From: Squalus acanthias
Lineage: Eukaryota
Direction of reading: 5' to 3'
Length of the DNA stretch: 64,000 nt
Assembly: GCA_030390025.1 (NCBI GenBank)
Contig: CM059431.1
Coordinates: forward strand, 123,258,001-123,322,000
Positions within the stretch are counted from its first letter, which is position 1, and each line of letters opens with the position of its first letter. Of the stretch, positions 37,291 to 50,924 are shown one piece after another. Below the pieces are notes generated by a model that worked only from the letters and a program-made list of their open reading frames with translations, had not been told where the DNA came from and made no database searches. The translations under genes were made by a program, and so were the position numbers.

Positions 37291-37848
37291 ATGTGCCGAT
37301 AAGTCTCCAAGATGTGATCCTCCATGCCTGAAAGGCATTCTTCCATTTGTGTCATTGAAGCTTTGTTTTCTAGCATGCTTCAGTTCACAGTACTGGGCTG
37401 CAGGAATGCCACATTTTAAATTCTGCAGCTCTTCTACAAGTATTGTCTTCTGCTTCTGTACAGAATAAAGAACTGGTGAATGTGAAGGCCTTGCAGTAGC
37501 AGCAGACCCAGCAACTAGTCTGAATTTACCGTGAGTGAGTGAGTGATTGGTGTTTTTCCCTTCTTTTGTATTCTCAAATTCGAACTGAAGTACTCCGTGA
37601 GCTTAATGGCAGTGTAGGGAAAATGGCAGATTGTGAGCACAGACCAGAGCAATACTATAAGCCAAGGACAACAAGCCTGAACCCTCGAGCCACATGTCAA
37701 TCTGGTCCCGAGAGCCCAGTCTTATTTGCGTGAACATTTTTTATTGGCTAGTTCGTCCTCTTTGAATTTGGTGGGCCTGAAGGTTTGGAAAGTGCTGTTC
37801 TTCAGTCTGTTGCTTCTTCGGTGGATAAACCCTAAACATGGACACCAA

Positions 37849-38037
37849 GGGGATCATTTTAACCTCACCCGCCAGGCAGGAATCCCACGGAATCGGGTGA
37901 AATGCCGGTTTTACACCCTGCCCAATATTATTCTCCATTGACTTCAACAGAGAGTAAAATTGGGCGGGGTCTAAAGCCAGGATTGCCCCCAATCCTGTCA
38001 GTTTCCCAATGGGCAGGTTAGGTTAAATTTGCCCTCC
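37849..38037. mobile_element. Palindromic hairpin MITE
   Basis: Arms ...ATTTTAACCT / AGGTTAAATT...; centre CTCCATTGACTTCAACAGAG; TSD CAA. Confidence 0.65.
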
Positions 38038-40411
38038 CAATAATTTTTAGTGTCAGCAGCTTGAAATACGTACAAGTTAATAAAAACATTCATTCAAAAT
38101 TAATATGTGAAGCAGGGGGCTCTGTGATACACACTTATTAGTGGCCATGAAGACAAAAGCTTGGACATCCCTGCAATAAACTACACTTCCACCCTTGTTT
38201 ATATTCAGTACTAGAAAGTTCTAAATAAATTCTCTGCATTTTCTAATGGCTCAGTTGATAACTGCACCATTTGATGTGGCACTGAGTCATAAAAGGCTGG
38301 AAATTCCGGTACCTAGGGGGCAGAGTTTAGCCGGAAATTGTGGCGGCAGGGTCAGAATTTGGAGTGGGACCCAGATCCTCCAGCTGTCTGCTTATGAAAC
38401 TGAGGGAAGGGTGGGTGTGCCTTCTGCCAGCCCCACTTTCACCCTAGCAGCATTTTAGTAGCATTTTCAGAATCATCATTGGGCCCTTCTTTGGCTCAGC
38501 GGTTTTCATGCCTGCTGAGGTGTGGGATTGGTTGTGAGACTACAGAAGGCCCAAAGATGAAAATCTGCAAAGGTAATCAATCCCAGAGAGATAGAATGCC
38601 TTCTAAAGGCTGTCAAATGCTTTCTAATGGCTGGACAAATATTACTTACTTCAATCTTTATCCCAATAAGGACGTAGAGCTCCATTTTTCAGAGCGACCA
38701 TTTGCCTCATTGAGATTTTGGCAGCACTTTGGGGCAAGAATCTCTGTTGCACCTCTGCAGGCTTAGGTCACTCTCTCTGATTATTTTAATGACACCCTTT
38801 GCATGATTTGAGACTGGGTCCTGTCATGGTCTAAGCAGTGGATGGAAGTCCCACTCAGTTGCAGTTCCACCACCCTGTACGGGTTTGTGGAAATTCTATG
38901 CTATGCTCTATGCTATGAAGCTGCTAGACTCCATTTTTGGAGCTTGTTGAGCTGGCTGGTCTCGGCTAGAGTAGTAACACTACAATGGGCCTTAATGGTT
39001 CTGGGCTAGGGGGAAGAAAAATGCACCAAGATTTCTTCTTTTAATCAGTTTCCAATGATTCTGCTGGAAAGTGCGCCCATTTAGTAAGATCAGGGATCAG
39101 ACTCTTACGATGTTCCTCATAGTTAAACAGCTTTGTGAAACTCAGTGTTGAGGATTATGCGTGGATGAGGTACCACAGGGCACCCAGTATCAGCGGAACC
39201 ATATCCCAACAAGACTAATTTGCTTTAAGAAAGAGGGAAGAACCTGGTGGAAAATATTTTGTGAACACTGTGTTATCCTGACACTTTCAATCTTAAATTA
39301 TGATCCTGAATTTTTACCATGGAATATTAATGTGCATTTGTTTGAAATTTCTGTCTATGCCATTCTAGTGAGGCATTAAGCCATTTACTTTGAATGGATT
39401 AACACCTCCACTAAAACGGTACAGAGAAGAATTTTAGACATATACGTTAAGTCTTTGTCCGCTAGCATTCCACGGGGTAATTTCAAGAATTATATTTCCC
39501 GTGTTGAAGTAACACGAGGAAAGAAACACTCCAGAAAATCAGCACCAAAACAAAGTTATTGTAACAAGCTGTAATTAAACACTTCAGCACCAGCAGTTTA
39601 TACAGAAAATTACATTAAACAGTACAAAAGGTGAAGTACTAGAAATATCTGCATTCATTTGAAAACATATCAAAAAGAAAATAATCACATCTTCAGTTTA
39701 CACTCTTATATTTCCTCCCTCTATTTCAGCAGAGGACTAGAAAATCCTACTAGTCACCTTATCTTGGCCCTAATCCTTTCCAGATTTGGTGAGCTGTAAA
39801 GCAAAGCAACTTGTCATTTTGCTAATAATATCAGCATGCGTATCTCTGCAACCCCAATCTGTTACTTCTTTCTGCATATGACCCCTTCAAGCTCTTTTGC
39901 CCCCACCTGATTAGATGTGTCTCTGTGCCAAAGATTCACTTTGTTGCTTTGAGCATTAATTTATTCTAGTTAAAATTCAGCTGTTGGTTCTTGGCAAATG
40001 AAAGTTAAATTAGGTGACTTCAAAATGAGTTCTACTCAGCAAGCAGCAGGCCAACAACTTGAGAATAGAGCATACATGCTAACATTGTAAAAACTGTAAG
40101 CCCAAAGAAAGAGGCAGAGAGGGGGACAGAGAAAGTGAATAAAAAAGAGGTGCAGAATGGGTTTTTAAAATTTATGATCTTACCAGCTCAGGGCTTTTCT
40201 GCCCATTCACTTTAAAACTGTGTTCTGGCAAGTGCAGAAGTGGAAAATATCAAGCAGGTAGACAAGCCTTATAATCAGTGGCAGTACTCCATCTTGCTTT
40301 TGTTGATGGAGAGAAATATGAAAGCTAGAAATCAGACCTTACTTAAAAAATGTTAATGAGCTGAAATTTTAGAAGGATTCCACAACACACCATGATAACT
40401 TTACTTATTTT

Positions 40412-40962
40412 GTTGTGGGTTCAAGTCCCACTCTAGAGACTTGAGCACAAATTTTAGGCTGTCACTCCAGAGCAATGCTGAGGGAGTGCTGCACTGTTGG
40501 AGGTGCCGTCTTTCAGATGAGATGGTTAACTGAGGCCCTGTCTGCCCTCTCAGGTGGATGTAAAAGATCCCATGGCACTATTTTGAAGAAGAGCAGGGGA
40601 GTTCTCCTCGGTGTCCGGGCCAGCATTTATCCTTCAACCAACATCACTAAAACAGATTCAAAAGCGAAATACTGCGAATGTTGGAAATCTGAAATAAAAA
40701 CAGAAAATGCTGGAAATACTTTGCAGGTCAGACAACATCTGCGGGAAAAGAAACAGAGTGAACGTTTCAGGTTACTGACCTTTCATCAGAACTTACTATC
40801 AGAACTGAAACCGATTATCTGGTTATTATCACATTGCTGCTTGTGGGACCTTGCTTTGCGCAAATGGTTGCAGTGTTTCCTACATTACAACCGTGCCTAG
40901 ACTTCAAAAGTACTTAATTGACTGTAAAGCACTTTGGAACATCCTGAGTCATGAAAGGCAAT
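40412..40962 (+). mobile_element. SacSINE1-like DeuSINE, 5'-truncated and interrupted at 40659-40803
   Basis: Colinear with the other copies from box B GGTTCAAGTCCC onward. Confidence 0.82.
40659..40803 (-). mobile_element. Short PLE-terminus insertion with a hammerhead motif (40757-40793)
   Basis: Matches 2440-2569. Minus strand CTGATGA-A-AGGT..ACCT-GAAACGTT. Flanked by ACTAAAACAGATT / ACTGAAACCGATT (11/13 TSD). Confidence 0.78.
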
Positions 40963-41191
40963 AAATGAGCGGCAGGAGACAGAGAGTAGGGATAATGGAC
41001 AGGTACTGTAATTGGCAGGTCATGACTAGTGATGTCCCACAGGGATCTGTTTTGGGGCCTCAACTATAAGTATTAACGACTTAGACGATGGGATAGAGAG
41101 CCACATATTCAAGTTTACTGATGACACAAAGATAGGCGGTATTATAAACTGTGAGGAAGCATAAAATTACAAAGAGATATTAATAGATTAA
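40963..41191 (+). mobile_element. CR1 RT fragment (target of H3)
   Basis: Reads VPQGSVLGPQL...KFTDDTKIG...LQRDINRL. Confidence 0.75.
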
Positions 41192-43995
41192 GGGGAAGAA
41201 ATTCGGTTGGTTAGCGCCTCCTGATAGCGCCTGGTGGGGCTGCTAATGGAATTCTAATGAAGTAGCGCCGGGGCGAGGTGAATCCAGCGCCGCACGCCAA
41301 ATCCAGTTGCCCCTTAGCGCCGCCGCTAACAGTTAGCGCCTGGGGTTTTAGCGCCAGCCAGATCACGACATCAGTGAGCGTGCAATGCTCACTCAGCGCC
41401 CGATCTCCCAAATTGATTATCGCCCCCTGCATTAGCGCCTCGCCCCGACAACGACAGGAAGAGGAGGCATGAAGCAGGCGGATGGCGGCTCAGGGGCGCT
41501 ATTTAAAGGGATGAGTCGCAGCTGTCAGGTTGGTACTGTTTCACTGCTTCCTTGTCACTTTGCGATTGTGCAGGTGTTTAATTCAGTCATTTAAAGGTTC
41601 TTTAGTATCAGGAGTGTTGTGGCTACTGAAAATTTGTTACATTTATACTGACAAAATTTCAAAGTGCGACACATTGTTACATTAATGGGGGCTGTACTGG
41701 CAGTCGACCTCACCCTCCAGGATCTACTGCGGAGGGAGCGGAGGCAGTGAGAAAGACTGTAACTCGTGGCCATAGGGAGGAGGAGAGCCATGAGGGCTCT
41801 CAATAGGAGGCCTTACCCTCCGAGGGTATTCTGACACCACTTCTCCTACTTCCAATTAAGTGAGGAGCAGTGTATTAGAAGGCTTTGCTTCAGCAAGGAT
41901 GTGGTCCCCGAACTGTGCCTTCTCCTGCAACCAGACCTCGAGCCTTAGATCAGGTCGACCACGGCTCTCTCAGTGGCAGTCAAGGTCACCGTTGCCCTCA
42001 ATTTCTTCGCCAGTGGTTCCTTCCAGTCTGCAACAGAAGATATAGCGAACATGTCGCAGTTCGCCGTCCTTCATTGCATCCAGGAAGTCACAGAGGCTCT
42101 CTACAGTAGGAGAAGGGATTACATTTCCTTCCCCATCACCAGAGAGAAACAGGACAAACATGCATGTGGCTTTGCCAGGATAGCAGGCTTCCCCGCAGTG
42201 CAGGGCGCCATTGACTGCACCCACATGGCTTTGAGGTCTTCCATAACCACAAAGGCTACTGATCACATAATGTGCAGTTGGTGTGCGACCACACACAGCG
42301 AATCCTCACCGTCAATGCCCACTATCCTGGCAGCAGCCACGAAGCCTTCAACCTGTGCCAGACCGGTGTTCCTGCACTCTTCCAGCTGCCACATCAAGCT
42401 CGTGGCTGGCTGGTCTGAGACAAGGGCTATCCGCACTCCACCTGGCTCATGACTCCCCTCCGCAACCCCAGCACTCCTGCTCAGCACTCATACAATGAGA
42501 GCCATGCTGCCACCAGGAATATCATCGAGCAGACCATCGGGGTGCTCAAGCAACAGTTCCGCTGCCTTGACCGCTCGGGAGGAGCCCTCCAGTACTCGCC
42601 GGAGCGAGTGTCCCATTTCTTCGTGGTCTGCTGCATGCTCCACAATCTGGTCATCATGAGGGCCCAGCCCTTGCCACCAGAGATTGCAGGACCACCTCAG
42701 GAGGAGGAAGAGGGAGAGGAGGAGGAGGAGGAGGAGGAGGAGAGGAAGTCAAGGAGGAGGAACAGGAGCGAGGGAGGAGGCATCCACTCAATCGGCCTTC
42801 TGAAAGGGAGGTCCGTGACCACCTCATCAGACTGCGGTTCCAATAAATTAAACCCCAGATCCCCGTTGCTCACCACATCCCCATCATTCCATCCCTGTCG
42901 CAGGCCATATCACAGCGCAAAGCTGAAATGAGAAACACCACAAAATCATCCAAAGCCAATTAATAGATTTATCAATAATCATTGAACACATATTTACAAA
43001 AACAATATTAGTTTTCACCCTTGTGCAATCCCTTAGTGCCCCTCGTTGCAGTGCCTTTGCCTACTCTAGTGCTCCTACGAAGTGTTGGCCCAGTGGCAGC
43101 AGCACGGCTGGTGGAAGGCTGCTGAGTGTCTGTGCGGGAGACTTCAGATGGCCTTGCAGGATGACCTCGAAATGCTCTGGGCCTAGAAGGCCCGGCTGTA
43201 GGCTGCATCACCTCGGCATGGGCGGCAGCAGTCTGGGCTGGCTGCATGACAGGCAGCAGCAATGGCACTGGTAGAATGGCAGTGGTGGGAGTAGGAATGC
43301 TGTAATCCTGAGAAAGGACAGCAGGTTCTTGCTTCACGGAGCCACTGCCACTTCTCCGGGGCGCGTCTCCGCATTCCTAGCCATCTGTTGGAGGGTGGAT
43401 TTCTAGACTGCTGTGAAACCCTGCACGAAGGCATCAGTCTGAGCTTGCGTGGTACCAAACTGAGCCTGCATAAGAGCAGTCTGAGCTTCCACTGCGGCAC
43501 TTAACCATTGGGTCACTTCCACTTGTGCTGCAATAGAAGCTGCAACATCACCCATCACACCCAGAATCATGGTTGGGTCCACAAGTGCTCTAATGGAGTT
43601 TCCCATCACTTCCATCCTGGAAATCATGGGCTGCAAGCTCCGCTCAAAGCCCCATGCAATGTTGGAGCCAGACTCTCCATGCGGCTTGACACTGACAAGA
43701 GGCTCGCTGGCAGGCCTGCCACCAAGCATTTCTGTGTGCATGCCCATCACCCTTCTTCTGAAAGTCACCCCATTGAAGTCCTCATCTGAGTTCTGTGCAG
43801 CAGAACTTGTGTGGGAACCCGCCCTCCAGGGAGCTGGCACCTGAACTACCCATTCCCCCTGGCCTGGCTGCAGCCCACACATGCCCGATGACTCACCATG
43901 TGCAGTTCCCCCCTCTAAAGTTTGCACAGTTCCATTTTCTGAGCTGGTGCCTGGGAGTGTCAGATCAAGTGATGCTGCCTCTTCTTCTCCATCAA
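41192..43995. mobile_element. Harbinger element H3 (same family as H4), truncated at the Myb end
   Basis: Starts TAA|GGGGAAGAAATTCGGTTGGTTAGCGCC. Transposase on plus and Myb exon 3 on minus (43008-43995). Intergenic region is nearly identical to that of H4. Confidence 0.88.
41685..42846 (+). pseudogene. HARBI1-like transposase of H3 (disrupted)
   Basis: Motifs MGAVLAVDL, VAVKVTVALNFFASGSFQ, GAIDCTH and [27 protein letters not shown]; several stops and frameshifts. Confidence 0.88.
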
Positions 43996-45940
43996 TGGAT
44001 GAGACGTGCAAACACTTTGAGAGTAGTTTGCATTTTCATCTCCCTTATCATCATCCTCCCTCTCCTGGGCCAGCAGCACATCACTCCTGCCTCTCTGTGG
44101 GAGAGCAGCTTGGAGATCAGTGACACCTTGCAAGTCCATGTCTAATCTATCCACCAGCCTGTGTAAGTTGTAAACATGTTGGCATTCGGAGTTTGCAAGG
44201 CCACTGTCTGGGCCTGCACAGACTCATTAGTACGCCCTGATACAACATCCATAGAGGAGGCCAGTCACTCAATGGAAGATTGTGGGCTGGATTTTCATTG
44301 ACCCGTGGAGGCGGGTTTGGAGGCATGTGGGGGGTTAAAATTGTGAAAACTGGCGGGCGGGCACAAGTCTACCTCCATCCTGCCTCCACGCAATTTTCAT
44401 TAAATCGTGTCTGCTGGTCCCGACTCCGTCCCACCTCTAAGAGACAGGATAGGCTGTTAAGTGCCATTTTGAAAGGCCTTTGTGATTTTAACCCTTGTTC
44501 TACTTGAAACACGCCTGTTCTGAAACACGATTGTGAAACCTGGCGGGAGCACATTTGGCTGGCTGGAGATCTCTCTCTCTCTCTCTCTCTCTGTAAAAAT
44601 ATCTGGGAGCAGACTTAGGGCTGCTCATTTTGCCTCCAGGTCCTCTCACAGCAAAGGCCAGGCAGTTTTTGCAGACCTTCAATGCAGCAGCAATGATGAC
44701 ATCATCAGAGGCGACTTTCAAACTGAAAACACTAATTGGTTCATGGGTTCCCACATGCTGGAACTCAATTGCCCAATTAGGTGAAAATTGCCTCAATCTC
44801 CCACATCCAATTGCAGTCGGGTGGATAACACGACCCCAACTCGCCCCAGTATCAAAATCCAGCCCTGTATCTTTGCAAGGACCTGTGACATCACTCCACA
44901 AAGGTTTGAGCTGGATTATTCCATCACCTGGGACATTGTGGAGAGTGTGCCTGGCTGGACTGCCAGTGCCTTGCACAGTTGCTGCTGACCCTTGTAGGAG
45001 ATGTGGGTCAGAGAGATTAATTGTGTCACCCTGCAGCAATGCACTACCAATCTCGCCATCTCTGATGCTGAGGGAGGCAGAGATGCTGCGAATCTCCAGT
45101 TCCTCCTCTTCCGCTGTGCTAAGCTCCACGATCTGTGGGGGTCCGCCTCTGGTCCACACCCTCTCCCTGGTATTTTCTTGGCTCTCTTCTCCTGCAAGGG
45201 GGGCACAACAGACCTATGAGTGACTGTAAGGCATGTGTGCGTCCAATGGAGGCAGTGCATTCAGCGAGGGTGACAATCAGACAAATGCTTCACGAGTGGC
45301 ACTAGCACACATTTGAGAAATGTGTTGACAGTGTCATTTGAGGATGAGTGCTGAAAATTGGGGCAGTTGCCTGAAGTGGTGTTAGATTACATGAGGATTG
45401 GGATGAGTGGCAGTGATGGATGGAGGAAGGGGGAGGTGAGGAAGTGAATTGAAAAGGAACGATGGGTGCTGCTGAAACTTAAGTGGGATGGAGGAGTGAT
45501 GTGAATGGAGTACGCTTGACAAGACAGAAGGAGACGTGGTGCACTATAGGATGTAGGTGAATTTGCAACTTTGCTCACCTTTCCTGACCTGGTTAGGTCA
45601 TTAAAATGCTTTCTGCACTGGATCCATGTCCTCATTATTATGACGCTCCTGCTACTTACTTCTTGGGCCACCTCCAGTCACATCTTTTTTGTGGTGGCTG
45701 CAGGTTCTTTTTTCCTTTTGGTGTGAAACAGGACCTCCTTTCTGGCCCTTACTGCACCCAACAGTACATTCAGGGGCGCCTCAATAAATCTGGGTGCAGA
45801 CTTGGCCCTACTTCCTTCCATAACTGTGCATATACTTCTTCCACTCCAGTGTAGCAAACTCAAAAATCCTCTTCCATTTCCTCTCTGAGCTAGGACTTTA
45901 AATAACCAATCATGTCATGCAGGTCCGCATCACGCCCACT
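43996..45940 (-). pseudogene. H2-type Myb/SANT gene remnant; exon 1 45821-45580, exon 2 ~45191-45030, exon 3 part ~44990-43996
   Basis: Reads MEGSRAKSAPRF...RTWIQCRKHFNDLTRSGK|EKRA. DMDLQGVTDLQ..AQERED aligns with H2 DMGPHGPTDLQ..AHERDD. Confidence 0.75.
44284..44865. mobile_element. Harbinger-type MITE
   Basis: Perfect 12-bp TIR GGGCTGGATTTT; TSD TGT; target AAGAT-TGT-ATCTT. Confidence 0.88.
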
Positions 45941-46064
45941 CATTCTATGATTCTATGAAAGCAAAATAATGTGAACAGAAGAGAAGAGGAAAAAGGATAA
46001 GAAGCATATGAGGAATAAAGGGAAGATAGGACAAGATAATTTTTTTTGTATACTTAATTAAACT

Positions 46065-46220
46065 GGCCCTGAATTTCTTCGGACATTCTGCTGCAGCACC
46101 GTCATAACTTTATCGGACGGGCGGCGGAAATCTTATTTACGCGTGTAAATGGAGTTTCCACCGCACTTGCGATGATGTTACAGCAATGCAGCAGCAGAAA
46201 TCCCAAGGAAATTCAGAGCC
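46065..46220. mobile_element. Palindromic hairpin MITE (156 bp)
   Basis: Ends GGCCCTGAATTTC...GAAATTCAGAGCC with arms pairing along the whole length; centre ATTTACGCGTGTAAAT. Confidence 0.78.
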
Positions 46221-46619
46221 AATATTGTTTTTGAAGAATCTGTTTTTGAAAGTTAGTGACAACTCTACTTTTGATATTTGAAGAGCTTTATTGCTGTAAT
46301 ATTTCAGCATTTTAGTGAGTGAATGGGAAACTGAAAATCCAGCTTCTCAAGGAGAGACATGCTCCTGGGCCTGCTGGCAGTCTTTGGGTTAAATTTTTGA
46401 TCTTATTAATTTCAAATTCTATCTTGCAATACCTTATTCTTAGTGTACTAAGGGCTAGATAGAGTGATAACAGTAGTTGTATGATTTACTTGATAAGCAA
46501 TGCTGGAAGTCTTTCATACTTTTTATCAGTGTTTGGCCTTTCAATTAGGCATTTCCTCGAATAATAATGCATGCATTCTGCAATATAATACGGAAAGGAC
46601 TGGAATCTCCTCCCATCTG

Positions 46620-47370
46620 TGGGTTAGCAGTGCCGCAAGACATCTGCCGATCCAAGAGACCCAGCTGTTCACCTGCTCAAGCTTCCAGGACTGGCCCTTA
46701 TTAATTATGTGGGGCAAGATGGCACCAGCGTAATCACTGCCTATTAGTTTACTGCCACTGGGAAAAAGGGAAACTGAGCTGTGTTGTGCTGCTTAAAATG
46801 CTGCAGGTGATTAAAGGGACACACAAGCTTTACCAGAACAGTGCAGCCATGAGTGAGAAAGGAACAACTTTGGGGTGGGAGGGGGAGAGGTGTTCAGCAC
46901 CAGGAAGAGTTCCCAGGTTTACTGTTGCTTTGGTGGACATCCTTTTTGGAGAAATAAGGTCCAGAAGAGGTGTCCTCTGGACTGAGAGCTGAATACCCCA
47001 AAAGAGGATGGTTCAGATTTAATGGAGGAAGGTGGCAGACGCAATGAGTATGACCTGCATCACTCCACAAACTGACACCCCGCGAGCCTCTTGCTGCTCC
47101 GTTCCCGCCCACTGAATTGGTCGCTGTCATCGCCTGCCGCAGATTCAGGGAGCGTGGGCCAATTTTGCAGGCGGGGCGAAAACAGGGCGCTGCGCATGGT
47201 GATGATGTCGGCATTGCCTGCGCAGCAGAGCGGGGTGCTAGCGGTTACCGCCGCCGCTAAACTCCCGCTGAAATTATCGGGAGTTGTTAGCGGTGCCGTG
47301 CCCGGGCGAAAAGTCATTTGCGCCCCGTTAACGCTAATGAGAGGCGCAAATGCACCAAATTGCTAACCCC
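46620..47370. mobile_element. Decayed Harbinger derivative
   Basis: Myb N-terminal remnant RVPRFTVALVDILFGEIRSRRGVL (46905-46980). 47170-47370 is homologous to the right arm of MITE 26630-27254. Left boundary uncertain. Confidence 0.55.
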
Positions 47371-49005
47371 TTATATCCAGGAATGTTTAAAACCCAATCC
47401 TGTCCTTTTTTGAGCCAGGTCTCCGTTATCACCACAACATCATATTCCCATGTAAGCCTGCAGCTTAGCAATCTTATTTACCACGCTTCGTGCATTTACG
47501 CACATGCACTGTAAACCTCTCTTAGACCTTCTTGTATTCTCTCTTAATCTGACCCCACCTAATACCTTAATATTTCTTACTCTAGTGATATCTGTCTCTC
47601 CCCATCCTTTGTGCACTTTGTTTCTCCTTTCTAATGTTACATCCCGGTGCCCATCCCCCTGCCAAATTAGCTTAAATCCTCCCCAACAGCACTAGCAACC
47701 ACCCAGGCGAGGACATTGGTTCCTGCCCTGTTGAGGTGCAACCCGTCCGGCCTGTACAAGCCCACCTCCCCCAGAACTGGTCCCAATATCCCAGGAAACT
47801 GAATCCCTCCCTCTTGTACCATCTCTCCAGCCACGCATTCATCTATTCTAACCTCCTATTTCTACCACTCACTAGTTTGTGGCACAGGGAGTAATCCAGG
47901 GATTACCACCTTTGAGGTCCTGCTTTTTAATCTCTTTCCTAGCTCCCTAAAATCTGCCTGCAGGACCTCATTCCTTTTTCTACTTATGTCGTTGGTACCG
48001 ATATGGACCATGACCTCTGGCTGTTCACCCTCCCCCCTCAGAATGTTCTGCAGCCGCTCAGTGACATCTTTGACCCTGGCACCAGGGAGGCAACTTACCA
48101 TCCTGGAATCACGTCTGCGGCTGCAGAAATGCCCATCTGTTCCCCTAACTATCGAATCCCCTACCTCTATTGCCTTCCCGATCTTCCTCCTCCCCCCGTA
48201 CAGCTGAGCCACCCGTGGTGCCATGGACTTGGCTCTGGCTGTATTCCCCAGAGTAACCATCGCCCTCACCAATACTGGTTGGAGAGTGAGATGCACTCAG
48301 GGGACTCCTGCACTATCTGCCTGTTCCTCCTTGTCTGTCTGACGGTCAGCCATTCCCTCTCTGCCTGCACACTCTTACGCTGCGGGGTGACCACCTCCTG
48401 AAACGTGCTATCCATGTACCTCTCAACCTCACGGAGGCACCGCATTGATGCCAACCGCTGCTCAAGCTCCAAAGCCCGGAGGTCGAGCTCCTCCAGCCGA
48501 CGACACTTCCTGCACACGTGGTTGTCCAGAACACGGGAGGCGTCCTGGATTTCCCACGTGGCACAGGATGTGCATTTCACGGGACTGAGGTGCCCTGCCA
48601 TGCCTCTATTTGTTTGACTATTAACTAACTAATAGAAATAAACTTAAGACTTAGGTGGAGAAATTCATTATAGCCCAGGAATGGGCGGTAACTTTTGAAG
48701 AGTTTGAGAGTTAGAGCCAGGCACTAATGCTTCAGATTGCACGCAAAATTCAGTCTCATTGCACAAAGGATTGGAGCACTAAATCAAGCGCTAATGGCCT
48801 AGCTCAGTGGCGATACACTCGAAGCGCTGACCAATATCAAGTGCAGTCTAATCACAAGTCATCATTGCCGCAGGCTCTTTCCAGTTCTTAAAGGGGAGGT
48901 TCATTGATGCTGCAGAACCTCATTCTCATCATTGCTGGCTGTGCAGCCGTCTCAGCCAGCAGCAGCAGGTCAAGGAGAAGGAGCCGAACGACTCAAGCAG
49001 CCATA

Positions 49006-50777
49006 ATGATGGCAGATCCACACCCCAGGGAGAGAGCCCACAGATTCTGCGACCATGCATTGGAGGCATTGGTCTTCGTTGTGGGGAGACGGAGGGCGGT
49101 GCTGTGCCCAGCAAGTGCCAGGAGGCCATCGCCGTAAGTCTTCCGCACCATGTGGAGGGAGGGAGCCCAGCACGTCTCAGGCAGCACTGTGGTTGCCAGG
49201 ACACACACACAGTGCAGGAAGAAATTTAACAACCTCACTCGGGTGGTCAGGGTGAGTTAATGCTTCAACAAATGCTACATACCACCATCTGAACCACAGT
49301 CTGTTAAAGCACACTGTCAAAGCACCACACCCTCAGCACTCATCAACCAACAATCTCTACCTACCAAGATGCACACCCACATCTCACACCTTGCACACAA
49401 TGACAGCTATTCAACTATGGCAGGCACGTCACCCAAGCACATTGCTCCACACTCACTCACACACTTTCCTTTCTCTTGCAGGCCAAGGTGGCTCACAACA
49501 AGAGGGAGCAGGAGCGCACAGGTGGGGGACAAGCCGACACCCAACCACTGTCTGCGCTGGAGAATCGAGTGCTGCAGATTATTGGGTGCCAGGTGGTGGG
49601 CGCCGTGGCCACTGGTGACGTTGACCCCCTTGGGGACAACAACGGTATGTTCATCCCTGCTCCTTCTTCTCACATCCTACTTCCCCCTCACCCCACATGT
49701 GTTTCCCACTTTCCAGCTAATCATGCTGCATGAATGCATTTCTCCCTTCCTGCCCCCCTCCCCTCACCTTAACCCGACTCTTGTGCCTTTATGCTTTCAG
49801 ATAATGAGCAAGCACCTGAGCAGCCACTCCCTGAGGGCACCGTAGAGAGCGAGGCAGAAGAAGAGAAGGAGGAAGAAGACATCGTGTCACTGCATGTCTC
49901 ACCTGCAGGCAGCAGCTCAGATACTGGCACTACTCATTCTTTAGAGGCTAGTATAGTAGTGGGATCTGCACAGGGGACGAGCGGCTGCAGCAAGGCCAGG
50001 GGGAAAGGATAGTTCGGGGGCCAGCTCCACAGAGGGCGAATTCGCCCACGAGTTCTGCTGCACGTGTCTCAGATGAGGACCTTGATGGGGAGGCCTTTAG
50101 AAGAAGGGTGATGGGCATGCACACGGAGATGATAGGTGCAATGGCAAGGGTGCCCGAGAGACTCTTGGCAATGGAAAGGAGCATGGAGGAGTCTGCCTCC
50201 AACATTGCACAGAGTTCTGCGCACACCATGGAGTCCATCATTTCCAGTCTGCAAAGAGAGACCGTGGCGACCCAGACCTGATGCCGTGTGTGATGGGCGA
50301 TCTGGCAGCTTCCATTGCAGCACAAGCGGAAGTGACACAACTTCTTAGTGCTGTAATGCAGTCTATGGTTGGTGCCATTCAATCTCAGACTGCTCTCATG
50401 CAGTCTCAGCTTGATGCAGCACAAGCTCTGACTGCTGCCATCGTGGCTGTGTCTACCTCCATCCACCAGGGCTTGCACGGTGTCGCAGCAGCTTAGCAAT
50501 CTTGTCTGTATCACTGCCTGTCAACCAGCCAGCCCAGATTGCTGCCACCCATGCTGAGGTTGTGCAGTCTACAGCCGGGCCTTCCAGGCCCAGAGCTGGT
50601 CGAGGGCGTCCTGCAAGACCATCTGAAATCTCCCGCATGGATACTCAGCAGCCTTCCACCAGCCGTGCTGCAGTCACTGGGCCAACACTTTGTAGGAGCA
50701 CTAGAGTAGACAAAGGCACAGTAAGGAGAGGTAGTAAGGGATTGCACAAGGGTGAATATTTAATATTGTTGTTGTAA
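49006..50777 (+). pseudogene. Three-exon Myb/SANT plus coiled-coil gene of H4; exons 49006-49251, 49482-49644, 49801-~50777
   Basis: Same intron phases and same 163-nt exon 2 as H1. Stop at 49135 and frameshifts in exon 3. Confidence 0.85.
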
Positions 50778-50924
50778 ATATGTGTTCACTGATTATTGAT
50801 AAATTTATTAATTCAGTTTGGATGATTTTGTGGTGTCTTTCATTTCAGCTTTGCGCTGTGCTATGGCCTGCGACAGGGATGGAATGATGGGGATGTGGTG
50901 AGCAACGGGGATCTGGGGTTTAAT

